This document shows, piece by piece, positions 20,737 to 29,702 of a stretch of 34,395 nucleotides of DNA. The position numbers were made by a program, and so were the translations under genes. Positions within the stretch are counted from its first letter, which is position 1. The number at the start of each line of letters is the position of its first letter. This stretch comes from an uncultured Collinsella sp. (GTDB lineage Bacteria > Actinomycetota > Coriobacteriia > Coriobacteriales > Coriobacteriaceae), in NCBI GenBank assembly GCA_902465465.1, contig CABQNF010000001.1, positions 1 through 34,395 of the forward strand, given 5' to 3'. Below the pieces are notes generated by a model that did no database searches, had not been told where the DNA came from, and saw only the letters and a list, made by a program, of their open reading frames with translations.

Positions 20737-20782
20737 GTCAAAAGTTCTCGATACACTAATTTTTGTCAGAAAGGAGCTTTCG

Positions 20783-21520
20783 TTGTTAGTACTTACTGAT
20801 CAGCAAGCTGACGAGATGTTGAGTCGTCTAACTTCCTATTGCAAAGAGTATTCCTTGAGCGTAACTGATGTTGAGCTGAGGAAATGTATCCAGCATTTGG
20901 ATTTGGTTCTGGAAACAAATAAGACAACGAATCTTACCCGTATCCTTAACGTAGAAGATGCTGCGGTACTTCATATCCTCGACTCACTTGTTTTGCTCCC
21001 CTATATCAATAAGGCTCCTGAGGGAGCTTTGCTCGATATGGGAACAGGTGCGGGCTTCCCTGGTATTCCTTTAACCATAACCGCGCATCGTAAAGCTACT
21101 TATATTGACTCTGTTGGCAAGAAGGTTGATGCTGTTAATTCTTTTGTTCATGCTCTTGGATTGAAACGTGCTCATGCGGTTCATGATCGTCTTGAAGAAT
21201 ATGCTCGAAGCCATAAGAAGCAGTTCTCTGTTGTAACCGCCCGCGCACTGGCCCCTCTACCGATACTTGTTGAGTATGCGGCTCCGTACCTCAAGGATGG
21301 AGGGCTATTTGTTATCACCAAGGGCAATCCTTCGGATGAGGAGCTTGCTTCTGGCATGTCAGCCGCAAAGATTTGCGGCTTCACTTTGCTTCTGAATGAC
21401 GCTATCGATTTGCCTGAGGGCCTGGGCCACAGGGAGTTTATTGTTCTTAAGAAGAGTCATCCAGCATCCGTTTCATTGCCTCGTGCAAATGGCATGGCAA
21501 AGAAGAATCCGCTTGCCTAG
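20783..21520 (+). CDS. rsmG: 16S rRNA m7G527 methyltransferase RsmG (GidB)
   Basis: N..TNLT, HILDSL, LDMGTGAGFPGIPL, VTARALA; AAGGAG RBS at 20771 favours TTG 20783. Confidence 0.95.
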   Translation: MLVLTDQQADEMLSRLTSYCKEYSLSVTDVELRKCIQHLDLVLETNKTTNLTRILNVEDAAVLHILDSLVLLPYINKAPEGALLDMGTGAGFPGIPLTITAHRKATYIDSVGKKVDAVNSFVHALGLKRAHAVHDRLEEYARSHKKQFSVVTARALAPLPILVEYAAPYLKDGGLFVITKGNPSDEELASGMSAAKICGFTLLLNDAIDLPEGLGHREFIVLKKSHPASVSLPRANGMAKKNPLA

Positions 21521-21521
21521 A

Positions 21522-21615
21522 TGTTTCACGTGAAACATAATGGATACTAACAACTTGCAGTGTTTCACGTGAAACATGGCGGTTGATATCGAATCGGAAT
21601 GTTTCACGTGAAACA
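21522..21615. promoter_or_regulatory. parS: Three perfect parS sites
   Basis: TGTTTCACGTGAAACA at 21522-21537, 21561-21576 and 21600-21615, upstream of parA. Confidence 0.97.
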
Positions 21616-21654
21616 TCCTCCGTTTGACAGCTTTAATACACACCAGGAGGGACC

Positions 21655-22455
21655 GTGGGATTTCGCGACGTTAAGCGTTCTAAGAGCGCAAAAGACACGC
21701 GTATCATTGCAATCATCAATCAAAAAGGCGGCGTCGGCAAGTCAACGACGGCTGTAAACCTTGCAGCAGCACTGGGTGAGCAGGGTCGTAAGACGCTGAT
21801 TGTCGATTTTGATCCGCAGGGAAACAGCACCAGTGGATTCGGAATTGAAAAAGAAGACCTTGATCACTGCATCTATGATGCATTGCTGAATGATGTGCCG
21901 GCAGAATCGCTTATCCTTGATACAAATTGCAAAAAGGTATTCGTAATTCCGGCAACAATTCAGCTTGCAGGCGCCGAAATTGAGCTCGTAAGCGCAATTG
22001 CTCGTGAAACCCGCCTCAAAGATTTGCTTGAGCCGATTCAGGACGAGTTCGATTTTATTTTCATTGACTGTCCTCCTTCGCTCGGCTTGCTTACCATCAA
22101 CGCCTTGACCGCAGCAGACAGCGTTTTGATTCCAATCCAGTGCGAGTATTACGCACTCGAGGGCGTTACGAAGCTGCTTGAGTCAATGAAGATGGTCAAA
22201 TCACGTCTGAACAAGGGTTTAGACACCTATGGTGTGCTTATGACCATGTATGACTCGCGTACTTCTCTGTCGAATCAGGTTGTTGAGGAGGTTCAATCGT
22301 ACTTTGGTGACAAGGCGTTTAAGACGCTGATCCCCCGTACGGTCAAAATCTCCGAAGCTCCGTCTTTTGGAGAGCCGGTAATTACCTATGCACCTCAAAA
22401 TAAGGGTGCAAAAGCATATATGAACCTTGCAAAAGAGGTGATCAAGCGTGCCTAG
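21655..22455 (+). CDS. parA: Chromosome partitioning ATPase ParA/Soj
   Basis: NQKGGVGKSTT, DFDPQGN, IDCPPSLG, PIQCEYYALEG, EAPSFG. Confidence 0.97.
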   Translation: MGFRDVKRSKSAKDTRIIAIINQKGGVGKSTTAVNLAAALGEQGRKTLIVDFDPQGNSTSGFGIEKEDLDHCIYDALLNDVPAESLILDTNCKKVFVIPATIQLAGAEIELVSAIARETRLKDLLEPIQDEFDFIFIDCPPSLGLLTINALTAADSVLIPIQCEYYALEGVTKLLESMKMVKSRLNKGLDTYGVLMTMYDSRTSLSNQVVEEVQSYFGDKAFKTLIPRTVKISEAPSFGEPVITYAPQNKGAKAYMNLAKEVIKRA

Positions 22456-23353
22456 TGTAAAGAAACGTGGCGGATTGGGACGTGGACTCAATGCTTTGGT
22501 CTCAGAGGCCGAGTATGAGACCGGTGGTTCGGCTGCATCGGCTTCAAATGCCACATCTGAAACAAAGCTACCTATTGAGGACATCGTTCCCAACCCAAAT
22601 CAGCCACGAATTCACTTTAACGAAACTGAACTTCGCGAGTTGAGCGAGTCAATCCAAGAACATGGCGTTTTGCAGCCACTTTTGGTTCGCAAACATGGAA
22701 ACGGCTATGAGATCATCGCTGGTGAGCGTCGTTACCAAGCGTCAAAGCTTGCAGGTCTTGAGGAGCTGCCTGTCATCATTAAAGATGTTAATGATGAAGA
22801 GATGCTTGCTCTTGCACTTATCGAAAACCTTCAGCGTTCTGATCTGAATCCTGTCGAAGAGGCTAAGGGCTATCGCCAGCTCATAGATGCCAGCGGTATG
22901 ACCCAGGAGGCATTGTCAAAGGCTGTAAGCAAGTCACGCTCTGCAATTACAAACTCGCTACGCCTTCTTGATCTTCCCGAAGTTGTTCAGCAGATGATAT
23001 TTGAGGGCAAACTTACTGCTGGTCATGCACGTGCGATTCTTGCAGTTCCCTATGAGGATGCTCGAATTCGACTTGCTGAGAAGGTTGTTGCAGAGGGCCT
23101 TTCCGTAAGAGCGACAGAAAATCTTGCTCCGTTGTTTTCTGCCGGAGAGACACCTAAGACTCCGAGGCCTGCAACGCCTCAGTCTTTTAAAAAGGCTGCC
23201 CGCGTGCTTCGTCAGGTTTTTAATACCAACGTGCGTGTGAAGAGCTCGCGAGGAAAGAATAAGATTGAGATTGAGTTTAAAGACGAGGAAGAGCTCTCTC
23301 GTATTCTTGGCGAAATGATTCAGTTTGATCAAGGAGGCCAAGATGAGGAATAG
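22448..23353 (+). CDS. parB: Chromosome partitioning CTPase ParB/Spo0J
   Basis: GLGRGLNAL, PNPNQPR, GVLQP, IIAGERRYQA, ENLQRSDL, HTH, GHARAIL. Confidence 0.97.
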   Translation: MPSVKKRGGLGRGLNALVSEAEYETGGSAASASNATSETKLPIEDIVPNPNQPRIHFNETELRELSESIQEHGVLQPLLVRKHGNGYEIIAGERRYQASKLAGLEELPVIIKDVNDEEMLALALIENLQRSDLNPVEEAKGYRQLIDASGMTQEALSKAVSKSRSAITNSLRLLDLPEVVQQMIFEGKLTAGHARAILAVPYEDARIRLAEKVVAEGLSVRATENLAPLFSAGETPKTPRPATPQSFKKAARVLRQVFNTNVRVKSSRGKNKIEIEFKDEEELSRILGEMIQFDQGGQDEE

Positions 23354-23597
23354 AATTTTAACTGCGATTGCATTGGCGACGACTGTCGCGGTTGGTGCCT
23401 TTGCTGGCTATAAGATCGCGACAGACGATGAGCTGCGAGGTCGTTTGCTTCGTAGCGCGCAAGATATTGTCGATACATCCAAGAAGAAAATGGATGTTAT
23501 GACAGAAGATGTTGCCATGCGCACTGCTCAGGTAACGAAGAATCCCAAGATTAATCAAGGTTGGGTTAGCAACCAATGGGAAAATGTAGGCTATTAG
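23343..23597 (+). CDS. Small N-terminally membrane-anchored protein (possibly YtxH-like)
   Basis: AAGGAGG RBS before ATG 23343; hydrophobic ILTAIALATTVAVGAFAGY followed by an amphipathic helix; overlaps the parB stop. Confidence 0.7.
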   Translation: MRNRILTAIALATTVAVGAFAGYKIATDDELRGRLLRSAQDIVDTSKKKMDVMTEDVAMRTAQVTKNPKINQGWVSNQWENVGY

Positions 23598-23722
23598 GTA
23601 CCTAACAATTACTTAGCATATTTTGAGGGGTTCTTGTCTGATTCACGAGGCAAGGACCCCTTATTTTGGCCGTAAAAAATGGGACAGGTAGCAGCTGATT
23701 CAAAATTAAGGCCAATAAATGA

Positions 23723-23759
23723 AACGGCCCCGGTTGCATATCTTGCAACCGGGGCCGTT
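23723..23759 (-). terminator. 16-bp hairpin, likely rlmN (possibly bidirectional) terminator
   Basis: AACGGCCCCGGTTGCA (23723-23738)/TGCAACCGGGGCCGTT (23744-23759); minus-strand tail TTTCATTTATT. Confidence 0.8.
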
Positions 23760-23762
23760 CGA

Positions 23763-23778
23763 TGTTTCACATGAAACG
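23763..23778. promoter_or_regulatory. parS: Degenerate parS site
   Basis: TGTTTCACATGAAACG, 2 mismatches to consensus, intergenic. Confidence 0.75.
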
Positions 23779-23796
23779 TTTTGGGGTGCGACTCCC

Positions 23797-24849
23797 CTAT
23801 GCGTGCTTCTGAACTTTGAAGCGCTGCTTCAGCTGTCCGCAAGCGGCGTCAATATCGTTACCACGGGAGTTACGAATCGTGGTCTCGATGCCACGAGACT
23901 CAAGGCGACGCTGAAGATCCTCAACCTTATGAATCGGCGATGGCTTGAGCGGGCTGCCCTCGATGTCGTTAAGCTGGATCAGGTTAACGTGGCACAACGT
24001 TCCATCGCAGAAGTCGCAGAGCGCCTGCATCTCGGGATTCGTATCGTTGACGCCTTCAATCATGGCATACTCATAAGTCGGGCGGCGGCCAGTCTTCTCA
24101 GTGTAGAGCTGAAGCGCCTCGTGAAGGCGAAGCAGCGTGTACTTCTTAACGCCGGGCATGAGCTTGTTGCGCGTCGACTGGATGGCGGAATGCAGGGAAA
24201 CGGCAAGCGTGAACTGCTCGGGGATGTCGGCAAATTTGCGAATACCGGGAATAACGCCGCTGGTAGAGACGGTGAGATGACGAGCGCCGATACCGATGCC
24301 ATCGGGGTCGTTGAGGATTCGCAGCGCCTTGAGAACCTCGTCGTAGTTGGCAAACGGCTCACCCTGGCCCATGAAGACAACGCTCGTGGCGCGCTCGCCA
24401 AAGTCGTTGGATACATGAAGTGCCTGGTCGACGATCTCTTGAGCGGTCAGCGAGCGCTTGAGGCCGTTGAGACCGGTAGCGCAAAAGGCGCAGCCCATGC
24501 CGCAGCCTGCCTGGGTGGAAACGCAGACGGAAAGCTTGTTACGACGGGGCATACCGACAGTCTCGACGGAAACGCCGTCGTGGTACTCGAGCAGATACTT
24601 ACGAGAGCCATCTTTGGAAACCTGCTTGGTTAGTTCAGTCGGCGTGTCAAAGGCAAAAGCCTCTTTAAGCTGCTCGCGGAAAGCCTTGGGAAGGTTGGTC
24701 ATATCGTCAAACGAACAAACGTTCTTCTCGAAGACCCATTCGATGAGCTGCTTCGCGCGGAAGGCGGGCTGGCCAAGTTCGGCCACGAGCTCGCGAATAT
24801 CGTTTTGGCTCAAGTCGCGAATGTCCTGAGATTTAGTCCTGGGATTCAT
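23797..24849 (-). CDS. rlmN: 23S rRNA m2A2503/tRNA radical SAM methyltransferase RlmN
   Basis: CVSTQAGCGMGCAFCATG, FMGQGEP, TVSTSG, LAVSLHS, DIDAACGQL. Confidence 0.96.
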   Translation of the reverse strand: MNPRTKSQDIRDLSQNDIRELVAELGQPAFRAKQLIEWVFEKNVCSFDDMTNLPKAFREQLKEAFAFDTPTELTKQVSKDGSRKYLLEYHDGVSVETVGMPRRNKLSVCVSTQAGCGMGCAFCATGLNGLKRSLTAQEIVDQALHVSNDFGERATSVVFMGQGEPFANYDEVLKALRILNDPDGIGIGARHLTVSTSGVIPGIRKFADIPEQFTLAVSLHSAIQSTRNKLMPGVKKYTLLRLHEALQLYTEKTGRRPTYEYAMIEGVNDTNPEMQALCDFCDGTLCHVNLIQLNDIEGSPLKPSPIHKVEDLQRRLESRGIETTIRNSRGNDIDAACGQLKQRFKVQKHA

Positions 24850-24934
24850 GGAAGCCTTTCGATTTTGGGGAAACGTAGAGGGTATCGCTACAATATGGTA
24901 TCAGCTGCAGAAATTATAGAGGAGGAGTCTGCCC

Positions 24935-25900
24935 ATGCCGGGTAAAAGCCTAGAGAACATGCACGTAGCGGTCTTGGCGGGCGGTCATTCCGCCGAGCGC
25001 GAGATCTCGCTCAATTCGGGAAAGAACGTTGTGGTGGCACTGAAGGAAGCCGGCTACACCTCGGTGGATCTGCTCGACACGGCCGCTGATGATTTTATGG
25101 TAACCATGGCGACCGGCGGCTTTGATGTGGCGTTTATCGCCATGCACGGTGCCGGCGGCGAGGATGGCGCCATGCAGGGTGCCATGGAGACCCTGGGTAT
25201 CCCCTACACGGCCTCGGGCGTGCTTGCCAGCGCCTGCGGTGCCGACAAGGAAGTCTCTAAGCTCCTGTACGCCAAGGCGGGCATTCCCATTGCCCCCGGC
25301 CTTGCGCTCGAGGTGGGCGATGAAGTCGATATCGATCATATCGTCGAGGTCTGTGGCGAGCACTGCTTTGTGAAGCCGGCCGTCAACGGTTCCAGCTATG
25401 GCATTTCCCTGGTCCATGAGCCCTCCGAGCTGCCCGCGGCAATCGCCAAGGCGTTTGAGTACGGCGACAAAGTGCTGGTCGAGAAGTGCATCGAGGGTAC
25501 CGAGATCACCGTCGGCGTATACGGCGAAGATGACGTGCGCGCTCTGCCGATTGTCGAGATTCGTAAGCCCGAGGACTGCGAGTTCTACGATCTGGACGTG
25601 AAATATGTCGACCCTACGGACATCCATCGCATTCCGGCGCAGATTTCACCCGAGAACTACGCTCGTGCCCAGGAGCTTGCCTGTGCCGCTCACAAGGCCC
25701 TCGGGTGCCTGGGTATCTCGCGCAGCGACTTTATCGTGAGCGAGGACGGCCCCGTTATCCTCGAGACCAATACCATTCCCGGCATGACCGATACGTCGCT
25801 GTATCCGGATGAGATCCGCCACACCGACGACATGACGTTCCCGCAGGTCTGTGACAGTCTGATCCGTATGGGTCTTCGTCGAGCGGGCATTGCATGCTAA
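24935..25900 (+). CDS. ddl: D-alanine--D-alanine ligase
   Basis: GGHSAEREISL.SG, MHG..GEDG, GIPYT, FVKP...GSS.G, FYD..KY, LETNTIPGMT. Confidence 0.96.
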   Translation: MPGKSLENMHVAVLAGGHSAEREISLNSGKNVVVALKEAGYTSVDLLDTAADDFMVTMATGGFDVAFIAMHGAGGEDGAMQGAMETLGIPYTASGVLASACGADKEVSKLLYAKAGIPIAPGLALEVGDEVDIDHIVEVCGEHCFVKPAVNGSSYGISLVHEPSELPAAIAKAFEYGDKVLVEKCIEGTEITVGVYGEDDVRALPIVEIRKPEDCEFYDLDVKYVDPTDIHRIPAQISPENYARAQELACAAHKALGCLGISRSDFIVSEDGPVILETNTIPGMTDTSLYPDEIRHTDDMTFPQVCDSLIRMGLRRAGIAC

Positions 25901-28788
25901 TCGAGGACGCGGTTTCGTCAGGAACGCCGCAGTTTGTCATCGACTCCTATGCCACGCTAGCCGAACGCGCCAAAACGCAGTCCTTCGGCCTCATCGAGGA
26001 AGATGTGATTGTCCTCGATACCGAGACCACGGGTCTTTCGGTGCAGGACAACGAGCTGATCGAGATCTCGGCGGCCCGTCTTTCGGGCCGCGAGGTTATC
26101 GACCGCTTCGATACCTTCGTGCATCCCAAGCAGCTGATTCCTGCCGAGATTACCGAGCTCACGAGCATTACAAATGCCGATGTGGCAGATGCCCCGTCGG
26201 CCGTTGAGGCCGTCGCCGCCCTCGCCGATTTTGTCGGTGGTTGCCCGGTGATTGCACATAACGCCACGTTCGACCGCTCGTTTATCGAGTCGGTCAAAGG
26301 CGGCGTCAATGTGAGCGATATTTGGATCGATTCGCTGGCGCTGTCGCGAATCGCGCTTCCGCGCCTGGCCTCGCACAAGCTGTCTTTTATGGCCGATCTG
26401 TTTGGCTGTGACTCGGTATCACACCGTGCCAATGCCGACGTCGACGCCCTGTGTGGCGTATGGCGCGTGTTGCTTGTGGCACTCACCGACTTGCCCCAGG
26501 GCCTCATGGCGCGCCTAGCCGACATGCATCCGGATGTGCCTTGGTCCTATCGTCCTATCTTCTCATTCTTGGCAGGGCAGAACCCTGGTTCTATCTTCTC
26601 TCTCAGCGCCGCTCGTACTGACGTTCTCAAGGCCGATCGCGCCGACGATCGGGTGGACGCCGACGAACTGCCGGTCCTCAAGATGCCGAGTCGTGAGGAG
26701 ATTGAGGCAGACTATGCGCCAGGTGGCCTGGTCAATCGCATGTATCCCACTTACGAGCCGCGTGATGAGCAGATCGCGATGGCGCTCGAGGTCCGCGATG
26801 CGCTGGTCACGGGCACTCATCGTGTAATTGAGGCGGGCACAGGCGTCGGCAAATCGATGGCCTATCTGGTGCCTTTTGCCGAGGCGGCACGCCGTAACAA
26901 CATCACGGTTGGTATTGCGACCAAATCGAACAATCTTGCAGACCAGCTCATGTACCATGAGCTGCCAAAACTTGCCGAGCAACTGGACGGTGGTCTGTCA
27001 TTTTGCGCTCTCAAGGGCTATGACCACTATCCGTGCCTGCGCAAGCTTGAGCGCATGAGCCGAGGCCAGGTCGAGATTACCACCAAGCGCGATCCGGCGG
27101 ACACGCTCACGGCGGTCGCGGTCATTATGGCGTACGTCTGCCAATCAGCCGATGGCGACCTCGACTCGCTTGGCATTCGGTGGCGCAGCGTCAACCGCCC
27201 CGACTTTACGACGGCCTCGCGCGAGTGTGCTCGCCGCCTCTGCCCGTTTTTCCCTGATAAATGTTTGGTCCACGGCGCTCGCCGTCGTGCGGCGCATGCC
27301 GATGTGGTGGTCACCAACCATTCCCTGCTGTTCCGCAATGTTGCGGCCGAGGGCAGGATTTTGCCTCCGATTCGTCATTGGGTAATCGACGAGGCTCATT
27401 CTATCGAGCGCGAGGCGCGCCGTCAGTGGGCGCGCGTGGTGTCGGCGGACGAATCACGCGTTCTGTTTGAGCGCCTGGGTGGCTCGAGCACCGGTGCGCT
27501 AAGCCAGGTCTCCCGTGATTTGGCAACCTCCGAGGGCTCTACGCTCTATTTGGGCCTTACTGCCAAGGCGACGTCGACGGTTGCGCGCGCGAGCATGGCA
27601 ATCGCCGACGTGTTCGATGGCGTTCGCGAGCTCGGCCGCCGTGCCCGTGGGGGTTATGACAATGCCAATCTATGGATTGGCCCCGAGCTGCGCGAATCTG
27701 ACGACTGGCATGATTTCTTACCGTCGGCCTACACTGCCATCGACGCATTGGAACAAGCTGACAAGAGCGTCGACGCGCTGGTGCAAGCCGTCGCCGCCGA
27801 CAAGCCCGAGGTTGTTGTCGACCTGGGTGATATTTCGCGCCGCCTGCACGAGCTGGCCGAGAACCTCAAACTCATCATTGACGGCACCGATGAACACTAC
27901 GTGTATTCGCTGCAGGTCAATCGCAGGCTGCGTGCCGGCGGAGAGTCAATGACCGCAGAGCGCATCGACATTGGCGAGGCCTTGGCAACCGAGTGGCTGC
28001 CCGAGGTTCACACGGCTATCTTTGCCTCGGCGACCATGACGGTGTCCAAAAGCTTTGAACACTTTAACCACGCGGTCGGTCTCGATCGCATCGGTGCTTC
28101 AACATCCTCGTCGCTGCACTTGGACTCGAGCTACGACTTCGATTCGAACATGGCTGTAGTCGTTGCGGGCGATATCCCCGATCCGCGCGATCGTGAGAGC
28201 TATCTTACAGCGCTCGAGCGCGTGCTGGTCGACGCCCATCTTGCCATGGGCGGATCGGTGCTCACACTGTTCACCAATCGGCGCGACATGGAAGACCTGT
28301 ACGCCCGCGTTGAGCCTAAGATGGCCCGTGCGGGTCTGGAGCTCAGCTGCCAGCAGCGCAACTCATCTCCTCGTCGCCTGCGCGACCGGTTTATCAACGA
28401 GCCGACCTCGTCGCTTTTTGCCCTTAAGGCCTTCTGGGAGGGATTCGACGCCAGCGGCGAGACGCTGCGCTGCGTCATCATTCCCAAGCTGCCGTTCTCG
28501 AGTCCCACGGACCCGCTCTCGTGCGAGCGCAACCTGCGCGAAGACCGCGCTTGGGCGCGCTATTCGCTGCCCGAGGCGGTGCTCGAGGTCAAGCAGGCGG
28601 CCGGCCGCCTTATCCGCTCGTCGACCGATTGCGGCGTGCTGATTCTGGCCGACCCGCGCCTGGTGACGAAGGGCTACGGAAAGAAGTTCTTAACGTCGCT
28701 GCCCACGAGCTCCTACCAGCGCATCGAATCGGCGCAGATCGGGCACTATCTGCAACTGTGGCGCGCACGCCACGAGCGGCGTCGCTAA
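25894..28788 (+). CDS. dinG: DEDDh 3'-5' exonuclease-fused DinG-family helicase
   Basis: LDTETTG, AHNATFD, HRA.AD (exonuclease); R.EQ Q-motif, EAGTGVGKS, IDEAH, SATM, FWEGFD, KLPF, QAAGRLIRS (helicase). Confidence 0.93.
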   Translation: MLIEDAVSSGTPQFVIDSYATLAERAKTQSFGLIEEDVIVLDTETTGLSVQDNELIEISAARLSGREVIDRFDTFVHPKQLIPAEITELTSITNADVADAPSAVEAVAALADFVGGCPVIAHNATFDRSFIESVKGGVNVSDIWIDSLALSRIALPRLASHKLSFMADLFGCDSVSHRANADVDALCGVWRVLLVALTDLPQGLMARLADMHPDVPWSYRPIFSFLAGQNPGSIFSLSAARTDVLKADRADDRVDADELPVLKMPSREEIEADYAPGGLVNRMYPTYEPRDEQIAMALEVRDALVTGTHRVIEAGTGVGKSMAYLVPFAEAARRNNITVGIATKSNNLADQLMYHELPKLAEQLDGGLSFCALKGYDHYPCLRKLERMSRGQVEITTKRDPADTLTAVAVIMAYVCQSADGDLDSLGIRWRSVNRPDFTTASRECARRLCPFFPDKCLVHGARRRAAHADVVVTNHSLLFRNVAAEGRILPPIRHWVIDEAHSIEREARRQWARVVSADESRVLFERLGGSSTGALSQVSRDLATSEGSTLYLGLTAKATSTVARASMAIADVFDGVRELGRRARGGYDNANLWIGPELRESDDWHDFLPSAYTAIDALEQADKSVDALVQAVAADKPEVVVDLGDISRRLHELAENLKLIIDGTDEHYVYSLQVNRRLRAGGESMTAERIDIGEALATEWLPEVHTAIFASATMTVSKSFEHFNHAVGLDRIGASTSSSLHLDSSYDFDSNMAVVVAGDIPDPRDRESYLTALERVLVDAHLAMGGSVLTLFTNRRDMEDLYARVEPKMARAGLELSCQQRNSSPRRLRDRFINEPTSSLFALKAFWEGFDASGETLRCVIIPKLPFSSPTDPLSCERNLREDRAWARYSLPEAVLEVKQAAGRLIRSSTDCGVLILADPRLVTKGYGKKFLTSLPTSSYQRIESAQIGHYLQLWRARHERRR

Positions 28789-29702
28789 AGCGGACAGACG
28801 AGGGTTTTTGCCATATCGCACAGACGCTTTGACAGGGCGGGGTCATCCAAGATGCGGATGGCTCCGCCCGCTGCGATTATCTGGCTCAGTAGCCAACGCT
28901 CGGAGCCGTAATGCACGGTTACCGTTGCCGTGTCTGCCCCGCTGCGCTCGATTAGGGTGATGCCGGCCCAGTCCAGATGCTCCGCCATATCGAATGGCAT
29001 CAGGAGCTTTGCGCTACGCTGCGTCCGGGCAAGGGAATCGTGGAGGGATGCGACATCCGGTGCGTGAGGCACGACGGAGTCTTCCGTCAAGGCGAGTCCC
29101 TCGATTTTATCCATGCGATAGGTGCGCTGTTCATCGACCGCGACATCCCAGGCAATCAGATACGTTTGATCGCCGTTTGTTGTGATGCGCAAGGGGTCGA
29201 CCAAACGCTCGCGCGCTTGTGTGTCATCCATCGAGCGATACGAGATGCGGCAGCGAACGCCGTCCCGAATGGCGCAGCTCAGCTGCTGCCAGTGCGATCC
29301 GTGGGCGACGGTGTCAAAGACGCGCTGGTTGTAACCGAGCTCTTTGGGAAGAAGAGCTCGCCGTATTCGAGCCGCCGCCTGGGGTTCGATCCCCAATGAT
29401 TCAAGTTCATGGTTGAGCACAGCGCCCTCGGCGGCACTCAGGCGTAGCGGCAGCACGCGCCCCGCATCACCGGTGAGGACCACGCACTCGCCGCGGCGTT
29501 CACAGATAATACGTGCGCCCGATTCTCGGTCCGCAAGCGTCGAGACGATCTCGAGAATCTCGTCGAGTGATGCCCCCGTGATATCAAAGCGGCTGCAAAG
29601 CTCGTCTCGTGTCATGCCATTCTCGCCGGCGGCGTAGAGGGCCTCCATGATGTCGATGGCGCGCGAGAGTCTTTGCTCGCTGGTGAGTTTACGCGCGGGC
29701 AT
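28785..29702 (-). CDS. WYL-domain transcriptional regulator, PafC-like
   Basis: N-terminal HTH, PLRLSAAEG, ISYRS....RERLVDP, TYLIAWD....RTYRMDKI, WCX-like C-terminus; ATG 29702 overlaps the upstream partner. Confidence 0.85.
   Translation of the reverse strand: MPARKLTSEQRLSRAIDIMEALYAAGENGMTRDELCSRFDITGASLDEILEIVSTLADRESGARIICERRGECVVLTGDAGRVLPLRLSAAEGAVLNHELESLGIEPQAAARIRRALLPKELGYNQRVFDTVAHGSHWQQLSCAIRDGVRCRISYRSMDDTQARERLVDPLRITTNGDQTYLIAWDVAVDEQRTYRMDKIEGLALTEDSVVPHAPDVASLHDSLARTQRSAKLLMPFDMAEHLDWAGITLIERSGADTATVTVHYGSERWLLSQIIAAGGAIRILDDPALSKRLCDMAKTLVCPL

Noticed and set aside
21522..21615. Regular repeat-spacer pattern resembling a mini-CRISPR
   Set aside because: The 16-bp repeats are the exact parS consensus beside parAB; too short for CRISPR and no cas genes
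23797..24849. Possible cfr resistance methyltransferase
   Set aside because: Motifs and chromosomal housekeeping context fit RlmN; no mobile context
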